Source of the DNA: Candidatus Babelota bacterium
GTDB lineage: Bacteria > Babelota > Babeliae > Babelales > Vermiphilaceae
Length of the DNA: 64,000 nucleotides
Direction of reading: 5' to 3'
Assembly: GCA_049325595.1 (NCBI GenBank)
Contig: JBMOLF010000010.1
Location: 64,001 to 128,000 of the forward strand
The notes beneath the pieces were generated by a model. That model did not search any database, was not told where the DNA came from, and worked only from the letters and a program-made list of their open reading frames with translations. Made by a program: the position numbers and the translations under genes. This document shows, one piece after another, positions 31,358 through 41,136 of this stretch. How positions within the stretch are numbered: position 1 is the first letter of the stretch; every line of letters begins with the position of its first letter.

Positions 31358-32860
31358 ATGGAAATAAAAAGTACCGATTTAGTATCGCTTTTTGAAAAAG
31401 CACTCAAAGGGTTACCCGAAGAACAATTTGATCAAATTGGTATTGTAGTAAAAGTTGGCGATAATATTTGTTCAGTTCATGGATTGACTGATGCAGTATA
31501 TGGCGAGTTAATAACATTTGATGGCGGTAATAGAGGTATTATTTTTAATCTCGATGAAGATGCCGTAGCTATATTTTTACTTGATAGTAATATTCCCGTT
31601 GCCGAACTTGAAGTAGCTCGTAGAACCGGACATGTATTTAAAGTTCCAGTAAGTTCTGCAATGCTTGGTCGTGTCATTGATGTATTGGGAAATCCTATTG
31701 ATGGGCTTGGAGCTATTGAACCAAGTGAATGGCGCTCAATAGAAACAACGATTCCACAAATTATTGAACGTAGTCCCGTTAACGAATCATTGGAAACAGG
31801 AATTCTTGCTATTGATGCTTTGGTGCCAATTGGTAAAGGTCAACGTGAATTATTGATTGGTAATCGCAATACTGGTAAAACAACAGCAGTTCTTGATACC
31901 ATTATTCACCAAAAGGGTAAAAATGTTCTGTGTATTTATGTATCAATTGGTCAACGACAAGCAAACTTAGCCAATATAGTACAAATATTGGAACAAAATA
32001 ATGCATTGGAATACACGGTTATTGTTAGTGCTGACTCAAGCGAAGCGGTGTTAAATCAATATTTAGCACCATATGTTGGGTGTACCATTGGTGAATTTTT
32101 CCGAGACCAGCAAAAAGATGTGTTAATTGTATATGATGATCTATCCAATCATGCAATTGCATTCCGTGAAATGTCTTTACTGTTGCGCCGAGCGCCGGGT
32201 CGCGAGGCATATCCAGGTGATGTGTTCTATCTGCACTCTCGTTTATTAGAACGTGCTGGTAAGATGGCAAGCGGTGGATCGTTAACGGCATTGCCTATTG
32301 TACAAATACAAAGCGATGATATTACTGCTTATATTCCTACTAATTTAATATCAATTACTGACGGTCAAATTTTTTTAGATACCCGCTTATTTAATCAAGG
32401 AATCAGGCCAGCAGTAAATATTGAATTGTCAGTATCTCGAGTAGGTGGTGCTGCACAAACTGCTGCAATAAAAAAAGTTACTAAGGCGTTGCGCTTAGAA
32501 CTTGCTCAATATAATGAATTGTTAGATTTTGCTCAGTTTGGTACCGAACTTGACGAAGTTTCTCGTAATAAATTAGCCCGTGGCGAACGAGCAGTAGCAC
32601 TGTTAAAACAAGAGGCAGGTGTTACTTATTCATTTGTTGATCAAAGTTTGATGCTTTTCTTGCTTAAAGAAAACTTTTTGGATGTATTAGCTCCTAAGCA
32701 TGTGCGTGAGTTTGCCTTACAATTTGTGAGCTATGTTAAAAATGTATACCATGATGTGTATGCTATGATTTATGATACCCAAGATATGCCTGATGATATA
32801 AAAGATCATCTTATTATTATCGCAAAGGAATTTAGCTCAGTTTTTGTGCCTAAAGAATAA
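31358..32860 (+). CDS. atpA: F1 subunit alpha
   Basis: GKGQRELLIG..TGKT, PGREAYPGDVFYLHSRLLER, SVSRVGGAAQ. Confidence 0.99.
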   Translation: MEIKSTDLVSLFEKALKGLPEEQFDQIGIVVKVGDNICSVHGLTDAVYGELITFDGGNRGIIFNLDEDAVAIFLLDSNIPVAELEVARRTGHVFKVPVSSAMLGRVIDVLGNPIDGLGAIEPSEWRSIETTIPQIIERSPVNESLETGILAIDALVPIGKGQRELLIGNRNTGKTTAVLDTIIHQKGKNVLCIYVSIGQRQANLANIVQILEQNNALEYTVIVSADSSEAVLNQYLAPYVGCTIGEFFRDQQKDVLIVYDDLSNHAIAFREMSLLLRRAPGREAYPGDVFYLHSRLLERAGKMASGGSLTALPIVQIQSDDITAYIPTNLISITDGQIFLDTRLFNQGIRPAVNIELSVSRVGGAAQTAAIKKVTKALRLELAQYNELLDFAQFGTELDEVSRNKLARGERAVALLKQEAGVTYSFVDQSLMLFLLKENFLDVLAPKHVREFALQFVSYVKNVYHDVYAMIYDTQDMPDDIKDHLIIIAKEFSSVFVPKE

Positions 32861-32866
32861 AAGAAC

Positions 32867-32900
32867 AACAGCCTCTTTGATAAAAGAGGCTGTTACTTTT
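32867..32900. terminator. Bidirectional terminator ending the atp cluster
   Basis: AACAGCCTCTTT-GAT-AAAAGAGGCTGTT. Confidence 0.88.
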
Positions 32901-33850
32901 TACAGTCCTTTTTTCATGTGCAATAAATATTTTATTTCTTGAGAAGTTTTTGCACCCTTATTAATAAGAAATTTTTTAGTTTGTGCAGTTACCTTAAGAT
33001 CATCTTCTATTAAATCGAGCACAGTTAGTTCGTCATCGTTAAATTGATTTATATTAGCACCATTATCAAGCAGGGCTTGTATTGCTCTTATATTATTTTG
33101 TGTTGCATGATGTGCAAGTGCTGTGTATCCTTCATTGTTTTCGTGGGTTATTGATGCACCTTTGTTAATGAAAAATTTAATTAAGACCGGATCTTCTTCA
33201 TAAAAAAGAATTGAAGAGCCAGTATTATCGGTATGGTTTATATTAGCATTATGATCCAAAAGCAGTTGTGCAATCTTAATATTTGGTGCAAAAAAAAGTG
33301 CCGTTAATCCTTGGGTATCTGTAGCATTAACAAAAACACCGAGTGATAATAATTTTTTAATTAAGCTATAACGATTTTCATTTACCGCTTTCATAAGCAA
33401 AGTGCTTTTTTTATTACATAATTGTGCATTAGGTCCTGCAACTAAATATGAGACACGTGGGCCTTCGTGAACAATTTTTAATGCGTTAAGAAATTTTTCT
33501 TTTATAAAATATAAGTTATCAAGATCTTCTTTTGAAATAAGGTTTTTTGGTGCTATATGTTCTTCATCAGTTTGTGAAATTGCACGACTAGGGCTTTTTA
33601 GATAACCATCTAAAATAGCTTCACGTTCGGTGATAGTATATACCTTGCTGCTTAGCAACAGTGAATACAATAGATCCAATCCTGCTGTAACCGGTAGATT
33701 GAGTATTAAATGTATCGCTTTTTTAACAGAGTGTTCTTTTTCGATCTGGTCTAAATTTGCTTTGAGTGATTTTTGGTAATGACTCAGGCCATGAATAGTA
33801 TGGCTTGCCAGTAGGTAAAAAATAGTAGCTAGTATTGATACATAGTTCAT
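32900..33850 (-). CDS. Secreted ankyrin repeat protein
   Basis: AAGGAG RBS, signal peptide, GLTALFFA...LLDHNANIN, GYTALAHHA...LLDNGANIN. Confidence 0.9.
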   Translation of the reverse strand: MNYVSILATIFYLLASHTIHGLSHYQKSLKANLDQIEKEHSVKKAIHLILNLPVTAGLDLLYSLLLSSKVYTITEREAILDGYLKSPSRAISQTDEEHIAPKNLISKEDLDNLYFIKEKFLNALKIVHEGPRVSYLVAGPNAQLCNKKSTLLMKAVNENRYSLIKKLLSLGVFVNATDTQGLTALFFAPNIKIAQLLLDHNANINHTDNTGSSILFYEEDPVLIKFFINKGASITHENNEGYTALAHHATQNNIRAIQALLDNGANINQFNDDELTVLDLIEDDLKVTAQTKKFLINKGAKTSQEIKYLLHMKKGL

Positions 33851-33936
33851 ATAATCTCTCCTTTTTATCACCAGCTTAACAATCTTTTATAACTCAATTG
33901 AATACTTGATTACTTAGAGTGGTAAATTTGAAGATT

Positions 33937-34650
33937 TTAGTGTGTAAATTCTTTATAGCAATTAGTTTGGTATTGGGATGGCGTAGCAGTAAATATGAGT
34001 TTGGGATCAACCCCATTTACTTCTAAATCTTCATAACATATTAAATTTTCAATACCCATTTCATCAGGTTTATTTAAAATTCCTAATTCGTAATAATTTA
34101 ATTCTTCATTATCACTAGCATTCTCGATAATAGTTTCTGCGGTATCAGATGATTCAGATGATTCTAACGAATAGGATAATTCTGATGAGAGATTAGATAG
34201 ATCAATTTTTTTACACGATTTAATATGCGCTAATAAGCTTGATATAAGAGTATATTTAATCCCACATGAACATTGAAAAAAATCATTAGCATAATGACCT
34301 AAAAAGCATGAAGCAACACCGACAGCATTTGCTTTGCTTGTGGTTTTGCAATCAGGGTAAGGGCAATGATACTGAATAGCTTTACGTCCATCAGGTCTAA
34401 CCGTATAGCTTGTTTCTCCACCTTTAATATAATCTTTAATCGATTCAAACGTGGTGAATTGTTCAAATTTATTTGCAAAAAATTGAGTAATTCTACTATC
34501 AACTTGTGCCTTAACAAAGTTTTTAACATCAAATTCACTATACGAATTACCTTCTAATGATTGGCAACTATTTCTTATACTTTTATGGCTCATAGCATGA
34601 ATCGATTGAGTAATACATAAGAGTAATAATTTTAATATAATTTTTTTCAT
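33937..34650 (-). CDS. Secreted zinc-finger protein (paralog 1)
   Basis: MKK signal peptide; Cx4Cx13Cx3H and CxCx12Hx3C; acidic Ser-rich tail. Confidence 0.82.
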   Translation of the reverse strand: MKKIILKLLLLCITQSIHAMSHKSIRNSCQSLEGNSYSEFDVKNFVKAQVDSRITQFFANKFEQFTTFESIKDYIKGGETSYTVRPDGRKAIQYHCPYPDCKTTSKANAVGVASCFLGHYANDFFQCSCGIKYTLISSLLAHIKSCKKIDLSNLSSELSYSLESSESSDTAETIIENASDNEELNYYELGILNKPDEMGIENLICYEDLEVNGVDPKLIFTATPSQYQTNCYKEFTH

Positions 34651-34663
34651 ATAGTTTACTCGG

Positions 34664-35380
34664 TTAAAAGCTTGAATTTTCATAGCCATTTAAAGAATCA
34701 AATTGAAAAGATGTAATCTGTTCGATTTGATTTTCAATAGCATCAAAATCAGTCTTTTTAGAAGCGCAGATATTTAATGGTGATTGATAGTTATTTATAA
34801 TAAGTTTTGGCAGCTTATATAATTGATCTGTAGATGGTTGATTTTTTAATTTGATAATTATCGATGGTATTGGTATTGCCACATTGTTTTCGGTGGTGTT
34901 ATTGAGAGGTTGAGAAAATTGTCTTTGTTTTTTGCAAGACTTTTTTATGTGAGACCATAAGCGTTCTATATTTTTGATTGATTTATCGCACTGAGGGCAA
35001 TGAAAAAAATGATCATAGTGAGAAAGAAAGCAGGAAGCAACTTCGTTGATATTTTTTTCTCTGATTGTTTGACAATTCTTATATGGGCAGTGATATTGAA
35101 TTATTGTTTCTGAATTTTTCTTAACATAGGTTTTTACCCCATTTTTAACATGCTCCCTAACTGCAGCAAAACTAGTAAGTTGAGGATATTCATCAGCAAA
35201 AAAATTACTAATTTTATTGTTAACAAGTTCCATAACGCTACATTTAATTGTTGTAAAATCTGTCTCAGAAAATTTTTTGTTCTTGATTATGCGGTTATGT
35301 GTTATTGGGGTGCTATTCTCCATTGGGTAAAGAAATGAATACATGACTAATGCAAGCGCGACAGATAAAATTTTTTTCAT
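34664..35380 (-). CDS. Secreted zinc-finger protein (paralog 2)
   Basis: MKK signal peptide; Cx4Cx13Cx3H and Cx2Cx12Hx4C. Confidence 0.82.
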   Translation of the reverse strand: MKKILSVALALVMYSFLYPMENSTPITHNRIIKNKKFSETDFTTIKCSVMELVNNKISNFFADEYPQLTSFAAVREHVKNGVKTYVKKNSETIIQYHCPYKNCQTIREKNINEVASCFLSHYDHFFHCPQCDKSIKNIERLWSHIKKSCKKQRQFSQPLNNTTENNVAIPIPSIIIKLKNQPSTDQLYKLPKLIINNYQSPLNICASKKTDFDAIENQIEQITSFQFDSLNGYENSSF

Positions 35381-35638
35381 AAAAATGCCTTTATATAATG
35401 ATAATCATTAAAAATTAAAATATATTCGGACAGCAAATTTCTGTAAAGCTTTTTAGGTATTGGCAAGGAGGAATTTTGTGTTAAAAAAGCTACTTAGTTA
35501 AAAGATGTGCGATCATTAATCCTAGACGAGCTTACGCTTTGATCGAAGGGATATCTGATTGTTTTATAGGAAAAAATATCTTTTAATATTGAGAATTTTT
35601 AAAAAAATGATAAGCTACAGAATAATCTTTTCTAAATT

Positions 35639-35715
35639 GTGCCTGTAGCTCAGCTGGATAGAGCAACGGATTTCTAATCCGTAGGTCATAGGTTCGAATC
35701 CTATCAGGCACACCA
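35639..35715 (+). tRNA. tRNA-Arg (anticodon TCT), CCA encoded
   Basis: GTGCCTG/CAGGCAC acceptor stem, D arm GCTC/GAGC, ACGGA-TTTCTAA-TCCGT, ATAGG-TTCGAAT-CCTAT. Confidence 0.98.
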
Positions 35716-37161
35716 AGTTTGACGTTCCGAACAATTTAAGATCAAATCAAATGGCTTTTGCGCCTCGTAGACGATGTTTTCACCATCCACCTGTAAGTTC
35801 GATAGTACGAGCTTAATTAATTGCCGTTTTTCTGTAACTTCAGAACTTTTAAAAATATCATAGGCGTGATTTGTCAGATCTAGTATGTATTTTGCGGTAA
35901 TATAGTAGTTATCTTCTGCCTCTTGTAAGCGCTCTAATTTGAGGGTTACTTCGGCAAGCTGATCTCTAAATGATTGGTAAAATTTGTCATACGCGCTCTC
36001 AGTAATTCTCCCTTTGAGTTTATCAAGGTATAAATTGTCCATCATTTTGGTCAGGGATTGGTGTTGGCCCGTAAGCTCTTTGTATTGTTTCGTTTGAAAA
36101 TCCATCTTATATTGGTGGACTTCATCCAGCGTTTGCTTGATAGTGGCTGCTACGTTGGCTGGCATTTGGAGATTCTTAAAAACTTGGCTGAGCTTTTCGG
36201 TTATTGTTTCTTCACGTAACCAGGCTGCACCATGCTTGCCGTTGTATTGGGTGCAATGGTAATACACAAAACCTTTATGCTTTTCTGGGGTGATTGCCAA
36301 TCCGCAGGTAGCGCATCGAAACATACCTCGATAGATATAGGGCAATCCGGCAAACTTGGCAGGCTTCTTTTTATAGCTTGCTTTTACTTCTTGCACTCGA
36401 TCAAAAAGAGTTTTGGGGATAAGTGGTGGATAACGATGGGGATAAAATTTATCATTTCTTTCCATCACCCCGTAATAGAAATGATTTTTGAGAATATGAT
36501 CGGTAAAGCCTTTAGACCAGGTAACGTTATAATCTTCTTTGAGCTTTGCCCGTAATAAATCCATGGAGTAAACCCCAGTGCCATACAGCTCAAATGCTTT
36601 TTGAACAATATAGGCCTTGTGATCATCAATGATAATATCTTTTTTACCATCCGGTGTTTTTATATTTTTGTATCCTAATGGCGCTTTACCAGGCAACTCG
36701 CCTTTGCGTAGCTTTTGCTCATTGGCACGGCGCACATTGTCGCTAATAGCATCAGAGTAATATTTGGCCAACCCTAAGCTGATGTTAAATTGAAACTTTT
36801 CAGTAGCGGATATCCTACTATTGATAACCTGCCCTTCTGAGACAAAGTGAAGCTCAATCTGATCACACAATGCTTTTTCGTATAATAAAGAAATACGCTT
36901 ATCAAATACATTACGGGAAAGCCGATCAACCTTATCGCAACATACGATAACTTTTTCTTTTTGACTCAAAATTAAATCGATAATGCGATCAAACTCAGAG
37001 CGCTCTAATGAGTAAGCGCTTTCATCAAAACTACAGATGTTTAAAATGGGGTAGCCTTTTTGCTCACAATAGCGCTCAAGGCGGGCAATCTGCGCAGGTA
37101 ATGAGTTACCGGCTTCTCGTTGTTCTTCAGTACTCACGCGGGCAATAAGAATGGCTTTCAT
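35704..37161 (-). CDS. Large serine recombinase (integrase)
   Basis: ARVSTEEQ catalytic Ser, DRLSR, APLGY, CATCG...YYHC zinc ribbon, coiled coil, EKRQLIKLVL. Confidence 0.96.
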   Translation of the reverse strand: MKAILIARVSTEEQREAGNSLPAQIARLERYCEQKGYPILNICSFDESAYSLERSEFDRIIDLILSQKEKVIVCCDKVDRLSRNVFDKRISLLYEKALCDQIELHFVSEGQVINSRISATEKFQFNISLGLAKYYSDAISDNVRRANEQKLRKGELPGKAPLGYKNIKTPDGKKDIIIDDHKAYIVQKAFELYGTGVYSMDLLRAKLKEDYNVTWSKGFTDHILKNHFYYGVMERNDKFYPHRYPPLIPKTLFDRVQEVKASYKKKPAKFAGLPYIYRGMFRCATCGLAITPEKHKGFVYYHCTQYNGKHGAAWLREETITEKLSQVFKNLQMPANVAATIKQTLDEVHQYKMDFQTKQYKELTGQHQSLTKMMDNLYLDKLKGRITESAYDKFYQSFRDQLAEVTLKLERLQEAEDNYYITAKYILDLTNHAYDIFKSSEVTEKRQLIKLVLSNLQVDGENIVYEAQKPFDLILNCSERQTWCA

Positions 37162-37266
37162 GGTGGTCTCTGCTTAGTTGAAATTTTTAAATCCTTAGCA
37201 GTTTAGTGATTCATGAAAATATTTCTAGAGTTAATGACAGGGGCGTATGAAAAAAGTATCGTACCA

Positions 37267-37295
37267 TAGACAATGTATCATGATCGTGATACGAT
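37267..37295 (+). promoter_or_regulatory. Sigma70 promoter with overlapping palindromic operator for the TA operon
   Basis: TAGACA-17bp-TACGAT; GTATCA-TGATCG-TGATAC palindrome in the spacer. Confidence 0.7.
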
Positions 37296-37320
37296 AAGAT
37301 ATAAAAGTCTGGAGAAGTAA

Positions 37321-37704
37321 ATGTCTAAAAGTTATATAGTATATGAAGGCGAACAATTTACCATAGAATGGTATTTTGACAGCCGTGGAACAAGTCGGGC
37401 TCGGGAATATTTTAATGAATTATCACATGATAGAAAAAATAAATTTTCCTATCTGCTTTTTCTTCTTGCTAATAGAGGGAAAATATTCAACCAAGAAAAA
37501 TTTCGTTATGAAGGTGATCAGATATATGCTTTAAAGCCAACACCGGATCGGTTCTTATGCTTTTTCTATGATGGTTCAAAAATAATAATTACTAATGCAT
37601 ATGAAAAGAAAACAGCAAAGATGCCGGTGCGTGAGAAAGAAAGAGCATTAAAGGCAAAAGCTGATTATATAAAAAGATGTCAAGGAGGAACCTATTATGA
37701 CTAA
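37321..37704 (+). CDS. RelE/ParE superfamily toxin (Gp49/HigB-like)
   Basis: IYALKPTPDRFLCFF...IIITNAYEKKTAKMP..EKERA; precedes and overlaps HTH gene. Confidence 0.85.
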   Translation: MSKSYIVYEGEQFTIEWYFDSRGTSRAREYFNELSHDRKNKFSYLLFLLANRGKIFNQEKFRYEGDQIYALKPTPDRFLCFFYDGSKIIITNAYEKKTAKMPVREKERALKAKADYIKRCQGGTYYD

Positions 37705-38029
37705 AAAAAAGATGAAATCTACTCTTGAGGAACATATTGAATCAATGACGCCAAAACAACGAAGAGAGTTTGAAGCTGAATATCAAGAGCTTTTATTGTC
37801 TGAATTGCTTTTAGCTGCTATGGCCAAAGATGAAGTTTCAGTAAGAGAGCTGGCTAGAATGGCTGGTGTATCGCCTACGGTAGTGCAAGCAATGCGCACG
37901 GGAACAAAAAAAGATTTTAGCATGCAGAGCTTTTTTAAAGTGTTAAAAGGTCTTGGTTGTAAAAAAATAATGGTAGAGCTTAATGGTCAATTAATCCCAT
38001 TAGATATATCTCAATCAATTAAAAAATAA
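37697..38029 (+). CDS. XRE-type HTH antitoxin
   Basis: VSVRELARMAGVSPTVVQAMRTG HTH; coupled to toxin. Confidence 0.85.
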   Translation: MTKKKMKSTLEEHIESMTPKQRREFEAEYQELLLSELLLAAMAKDEVSVRELARMAGVSPTVVQAMRTGTKKDFSMQSFFKVLKGLGCKKIMVELNGQLIPLDISQSIKK

Positions 38030-38205
38030 TGGCAAGAAGTAGAAATTATAAAGATCTATTAATTGAATCATTAAAAGATCCTACAGAAGCAGTAGGTTAT
38101 CTAAATGCCATTCTTGAAGACTACAAAGATAATGATGAAAAATCACAAATAGTATTGCAAGTAGTACTAAAAGATATCGCGCAAGCACAAAAAAATTATC
38201 GTTAA
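38029..38205 (+). pseudogene. Truncated addiction-module antidote-like ORF (58 aa, lacks HTH)
   Basis: Not in ORF track; MARSRNYKDLLIESLKDPTEAVGYLNAILED...VLKDIAQAQ then stop; TAATG overlap with antitoxin. Confidence 0.6.
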
Positions 38206-38281
38206 TGATACAGAGAGGAGCACTACAGAAATGTGGTGCTCGTTTAATTACAACTTTTCAAGAGAGTTGCATGAGCTTAAA

Positions 38282-38905
38282 ATGAGTAAAATACGCTGCT
38301 TATTAAAATATTGCGGGAAGTATTATTTAATCTGCTTTATTAGATTTGTGAAAGACAAGGTTTTAGTAAGCTTTACAAGTTCTCATTGGTCAGAAATATT
38401 TGGTTTGGAAATTGAACATCATTTTAATTATCCTAGTAATGGAAAATTACATAGCACTTACAATCATTTTGACAAGACTAATGATTCAGATAATTTTTTC
38501 ATTCATGCCTATAGCAATAAAATAGTTACTAAATCTTTTAAAAATGGCCAACAAAAAAAAGATGAACGCAACGGTAAAGAATTATTAAATCACTTTATTA
38601 ATAATAATTGTAGACCATTATCTGAATATGAAACTACAAGTACTTTTTTTGATTTTCCATGTATTGGATTTGCAATTTGCTCAATTCCAGAAGAGCAATT
38701 TAAAAAATTTCAAGCTTCATTCCCCAAAGAAAATGATGTGATAATTGACGCAGAGTTATGGAATGGTACTTGTGTGACTATAACGCCATATGTTGCAAAC
38801 AAAGAATATGAACTTTCTTTTTTTCCTTTTGCTATAAAAAGTGAAATCGACTGTGGAAAATTAAAAATTGGTATACGTGTAAGCCTCAATAAGCAAAATG
38901 TTTAA
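38282..38905 (+). CDS. Hypothetical cargo protein
   Basis: Long AT-rich ORF without recognised domain; start uncertain (38231 alternative). Confidence 0.6.
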   Translation: MSKIRCLLKYCGKYYLICFIRFVKDKVLVSFTSSHWSEIFGLEIEHHFNYPSNGKLHSTYNHFDKTNDSDNFFIHAYSNKIVTKSFKNGQQKKDERNGKELLNHFINNNCRPLSEYETTSTFFDFPCIGFAICSIPEEQFKKFQASFPKENDVIIDAELWNGTCVTITPYVANKEYELSFFPFAIKSEIDCGKLKIGIRVSLNKQNV

Positions 38906-40046
38906 GGTTTATTGGTTTAAATTTCTTTAAACATTCGCGCACCGTTTCAAATGGGCTTTGGGTACCAACTATTTTTACTTTTTGTACATCTTTAATAAGC
39001 CGATACCAGCTGCGTTGATTGCATTTGGCAAATAGCGCTCTTAGTTCCCGTATATTTACGACATCTAATGCTTTTGATAAGCCATAGGTAATTAAAATTT
39101 GCTTAGGGCTTAGTTCAGGATTGTTAATAATTAATGAAGCTAGCAATGCTTTATCGACCTGTCCTTCGTAGCCTTGGCGGAGTAGGATGGGTGCTTTGTA
39201 ATCCAAGATTGCTAATCGTGCCCTTTCAATCTCATCAAGATAATGTAAAAGAACTTTTTTAGAGATGGTTGGTTTGAATAAGCTTTTAAAAGAAAGATCT
39301 GATGGTATATGCAAAACTTTAAAAAGCTGTTTAATTTTGTGCCGTTTATTTAAACGTACTTCCATGCGCAAGATTTCAAGTTTGTTGCGATTATTAAATC
39401 TATCAAGAAAGTTTAATTGTAATTCGTTATCTTTTTCTAATGCACGTTTGCTGCTCGCTTGTGCTTTCTCAAGATCTTTTATTTTGTCATAGAATACCAC
39501 TTCATATGAGTTGCAATGCCATTTGTAGCTGTGGCCTTCATTGCGATAATCAGTTTGATTTACATCAAGAGTAAGCTTAGTGTTTGCTTCTTTAATTTTG
39601 TTTATGTAGTGGTAAGGTGTTGAGCCATCAGTTAGTGGAATATTTTTTGAGTAGTGGATAGCTGATAGCGGTGCTTTTGCTAATGTTGCTGGTGTTGTGT
39701 GTATGCCCATGTTTGCAAGCACCTGTGCAAGCTTATGAGTAAGTGCTGCAAAATCTTTGGCGCGTAATTCTTGAAAATTGTTACCAAACATGAGCTTTGG
39801 CAATGATAACTCAATTTTGAGCGACACTGTTGAACCACCTAATGGGTTGATGCGGTGAGCGAGAGTAAGGCATGGTTTGTAAATACCCAATGCAAATTCC
39901 CTTTTGGTGGGATTTTGTTTTGATTGGATGCCGTGCGATTGGTTCGTGTAAGGTTGTAAAACCCATTGCGCTGATGGTGAAAATAATTCAGGATCAGTGA
40001 GCGTAAATTGGTCTTTGCGTAAAAGAATTACTACCGTGTCTATCAT
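38886..40046 (-). CDS. Phage/plasmid replication initiator, gene II/X-like (rolling-circle)
   Basis: MIDT start, IELSLPKLMFGNN, VFYDK, ILRMEVR motifs. Confidence 0.75.
   Translation of the reverse strand: MIDTVVILLRKDQFTLTDPELFSPSAQWVLQPYTNQSHGIQSKQNPTKREFALGIYKPCLTLAHRINPLGGSTVSLKIELSLPKLMFGNNFQELRAKDFAALTHKLAQVLANMGIHTTPATLAKAPLSAIHYSKNIPLTDGSTPYHYINKIKEANTKLTLDVNQTDYRNEGHSYKWHCNSYEVVFYDKIKDLEKAQASSKRALEKDNELQLNFLDRFNNRNKLEILRMEVRLNKRHKIKQLFKVLHIPSDLSFKSLFKPTISKKVLLHYLDEIERARLAILDYKAPILLRQGYEGQVDKALLASLIINNPELSPKQILITYGLSKALDVVNIRELRALFAKCNQRSWYRLIKDVQKVKIVGTQSPFETVRECLKKFKPINLKHFAY
39156..39190. repeat. GC-rich REP-like palindrome inserted in frame in rep
   Basis: GACCTGTCCTTCGTAGCCTTGGCGGAGTAGGATGG, encodes ILLRQGYEGQV, contains GTAG twice. 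Confidence 0.6.
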
Positions 40047-40302
40047 ACAACACATACCTCAAACAAACGAATAAGCAATTGCTTAAAGATAATGCGGCAG
40101 CTAAAAAAGACAAGACCTGGTTTTTAATCCAGGCCTTACTTACTTCTTTTGATCGTACTTTTTTTGCACGACGACATATATTGGTTCGTTGATCAACTTG
40201 ATGCAGCAATGATATAAATGCTACAAGCTGTTGCAAATCTGATGGTGACAACGCAAATGTCTGCGCTCGTGTACGCGTACGAGTAGTTTTCTTTAATGTC
40301 AT
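39994..40302 (-). CDS. Small basic hypothetical protein upstream of rep
   Basis: ORF overlapping rep start; basic N-terminus. Confidence 0.5.
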   Translation of the reverse strand: MTLKKTTRTRTRAQTFALSPSDLQQLVAFISLLHQVDQRTNICRRAKKVRSKEVSKAWIKNQVLSFLAAALSLSNCLFVCLRYVLYDRHGSNSFTQRPIYAH

Positions 40303-40528
40303 AAAATTTCTGTTCTAACAATGAGTTGAATATATGAAGATTGCTTGCTTAGTAGGCAAATTGTTTTTGAGGATGATTATGCCTGGATTCAGATAACCAT
40401 AATGCATAATCAATAATATAGAACAGATTCATGGGTTTCTCTTGTGAGAATAAAGTTTGCTTTATTACAACGAGAAGCAAGTATAAATAGTTTGATATGG
40501 ATTGCAAGAAGATAACATTCTTTAAAAT

Positions 40529-40570
40529 AAAAATAGGTGCAGATTTAATTGGCTACACCTATTTTAGAAT
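40529..40570 (-). terminator. Intrinsic terminator after cargo gene
   Basis: AAAATAGGTG...CACCTATTTT stem. Confidence 0.7.
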
Positions 40571-40584
40571 AGATTTGGGAGAGA

Positions 40585-41136
40585 TTATCGTACTTCTGCA
40601 GTAACATCAAGAAGTGATTCAGATAAATCATTGCCTTTAAGATCTAAATTAATACCAAGGCCTATTTTCTTCTGATTAACTAAATCAATATTCTCTGACC
40701 AGTACGTTATGATGCCTGGGCCTGTACGTATTGAATTGAACATAACCCTAATACCATCTAAATCTGCAGGATTAATCCTTGGTCTTATAGTAATAAATAG
40801 AGCGCCTCTAACATTATTTCTTTCATCAGATACTTTAATTGTAGCATCTCTAATTATCGCATCTCCTGAACGTACTGGGCGCAAGGTTATTGGCACATTT
40901 TTTACTGTTTTTCCAGGTTTTAATAAGATTAATCTTATTTCTTCTTTAGAATAAACATCGCCAGGTAAATCACCGACAGCTTCAGACAAGAAAAGATCCT
41001 GATGAGTGTGATTAGTCACTTGAGCATAGTAGGCAAAAACTTTATCAAGATTGTTTTGGTGTGGTTCTGCAGGCTGCATTGCATTTACAATTCCTAAAAC
41101 AGTGAATGTGAATATCATTTTCTTCATTAAATTCAT
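40585..41136 (-). CDS. Secreted cargo protein of the element
   Basis: AAGGG RBS, MKK signal peptide ending VNA-MQ; beta-rich. Confidence 0.75.
   Translation of the reverse strand: MNLMKKMIFTFTVLGIVNAMQPAEPHQNNLDKVFAYYAQVTNHTHQDLFLSEAVGDLPGDVYSKEEIRLILLKPGKTVKNVPITLRPVRSGDAIIRDATIKVSDERNNVRGALFITIRPRINPADLDGIRVMFNSIRTGPGIITYWSENIDLVNQKKIGLGINLDLKGNDLSESLLDVTAEVR

Noticed and set aside
29666..32860. N-ATPase operon
   Set aside because: A delta subunit is present and gene order differs from N-ATPase operons
36232..36650. Small ORFs within the recombinase gene as directionality factor
   Set aside because: Antisense or alternate-frame overlaps without supporting features
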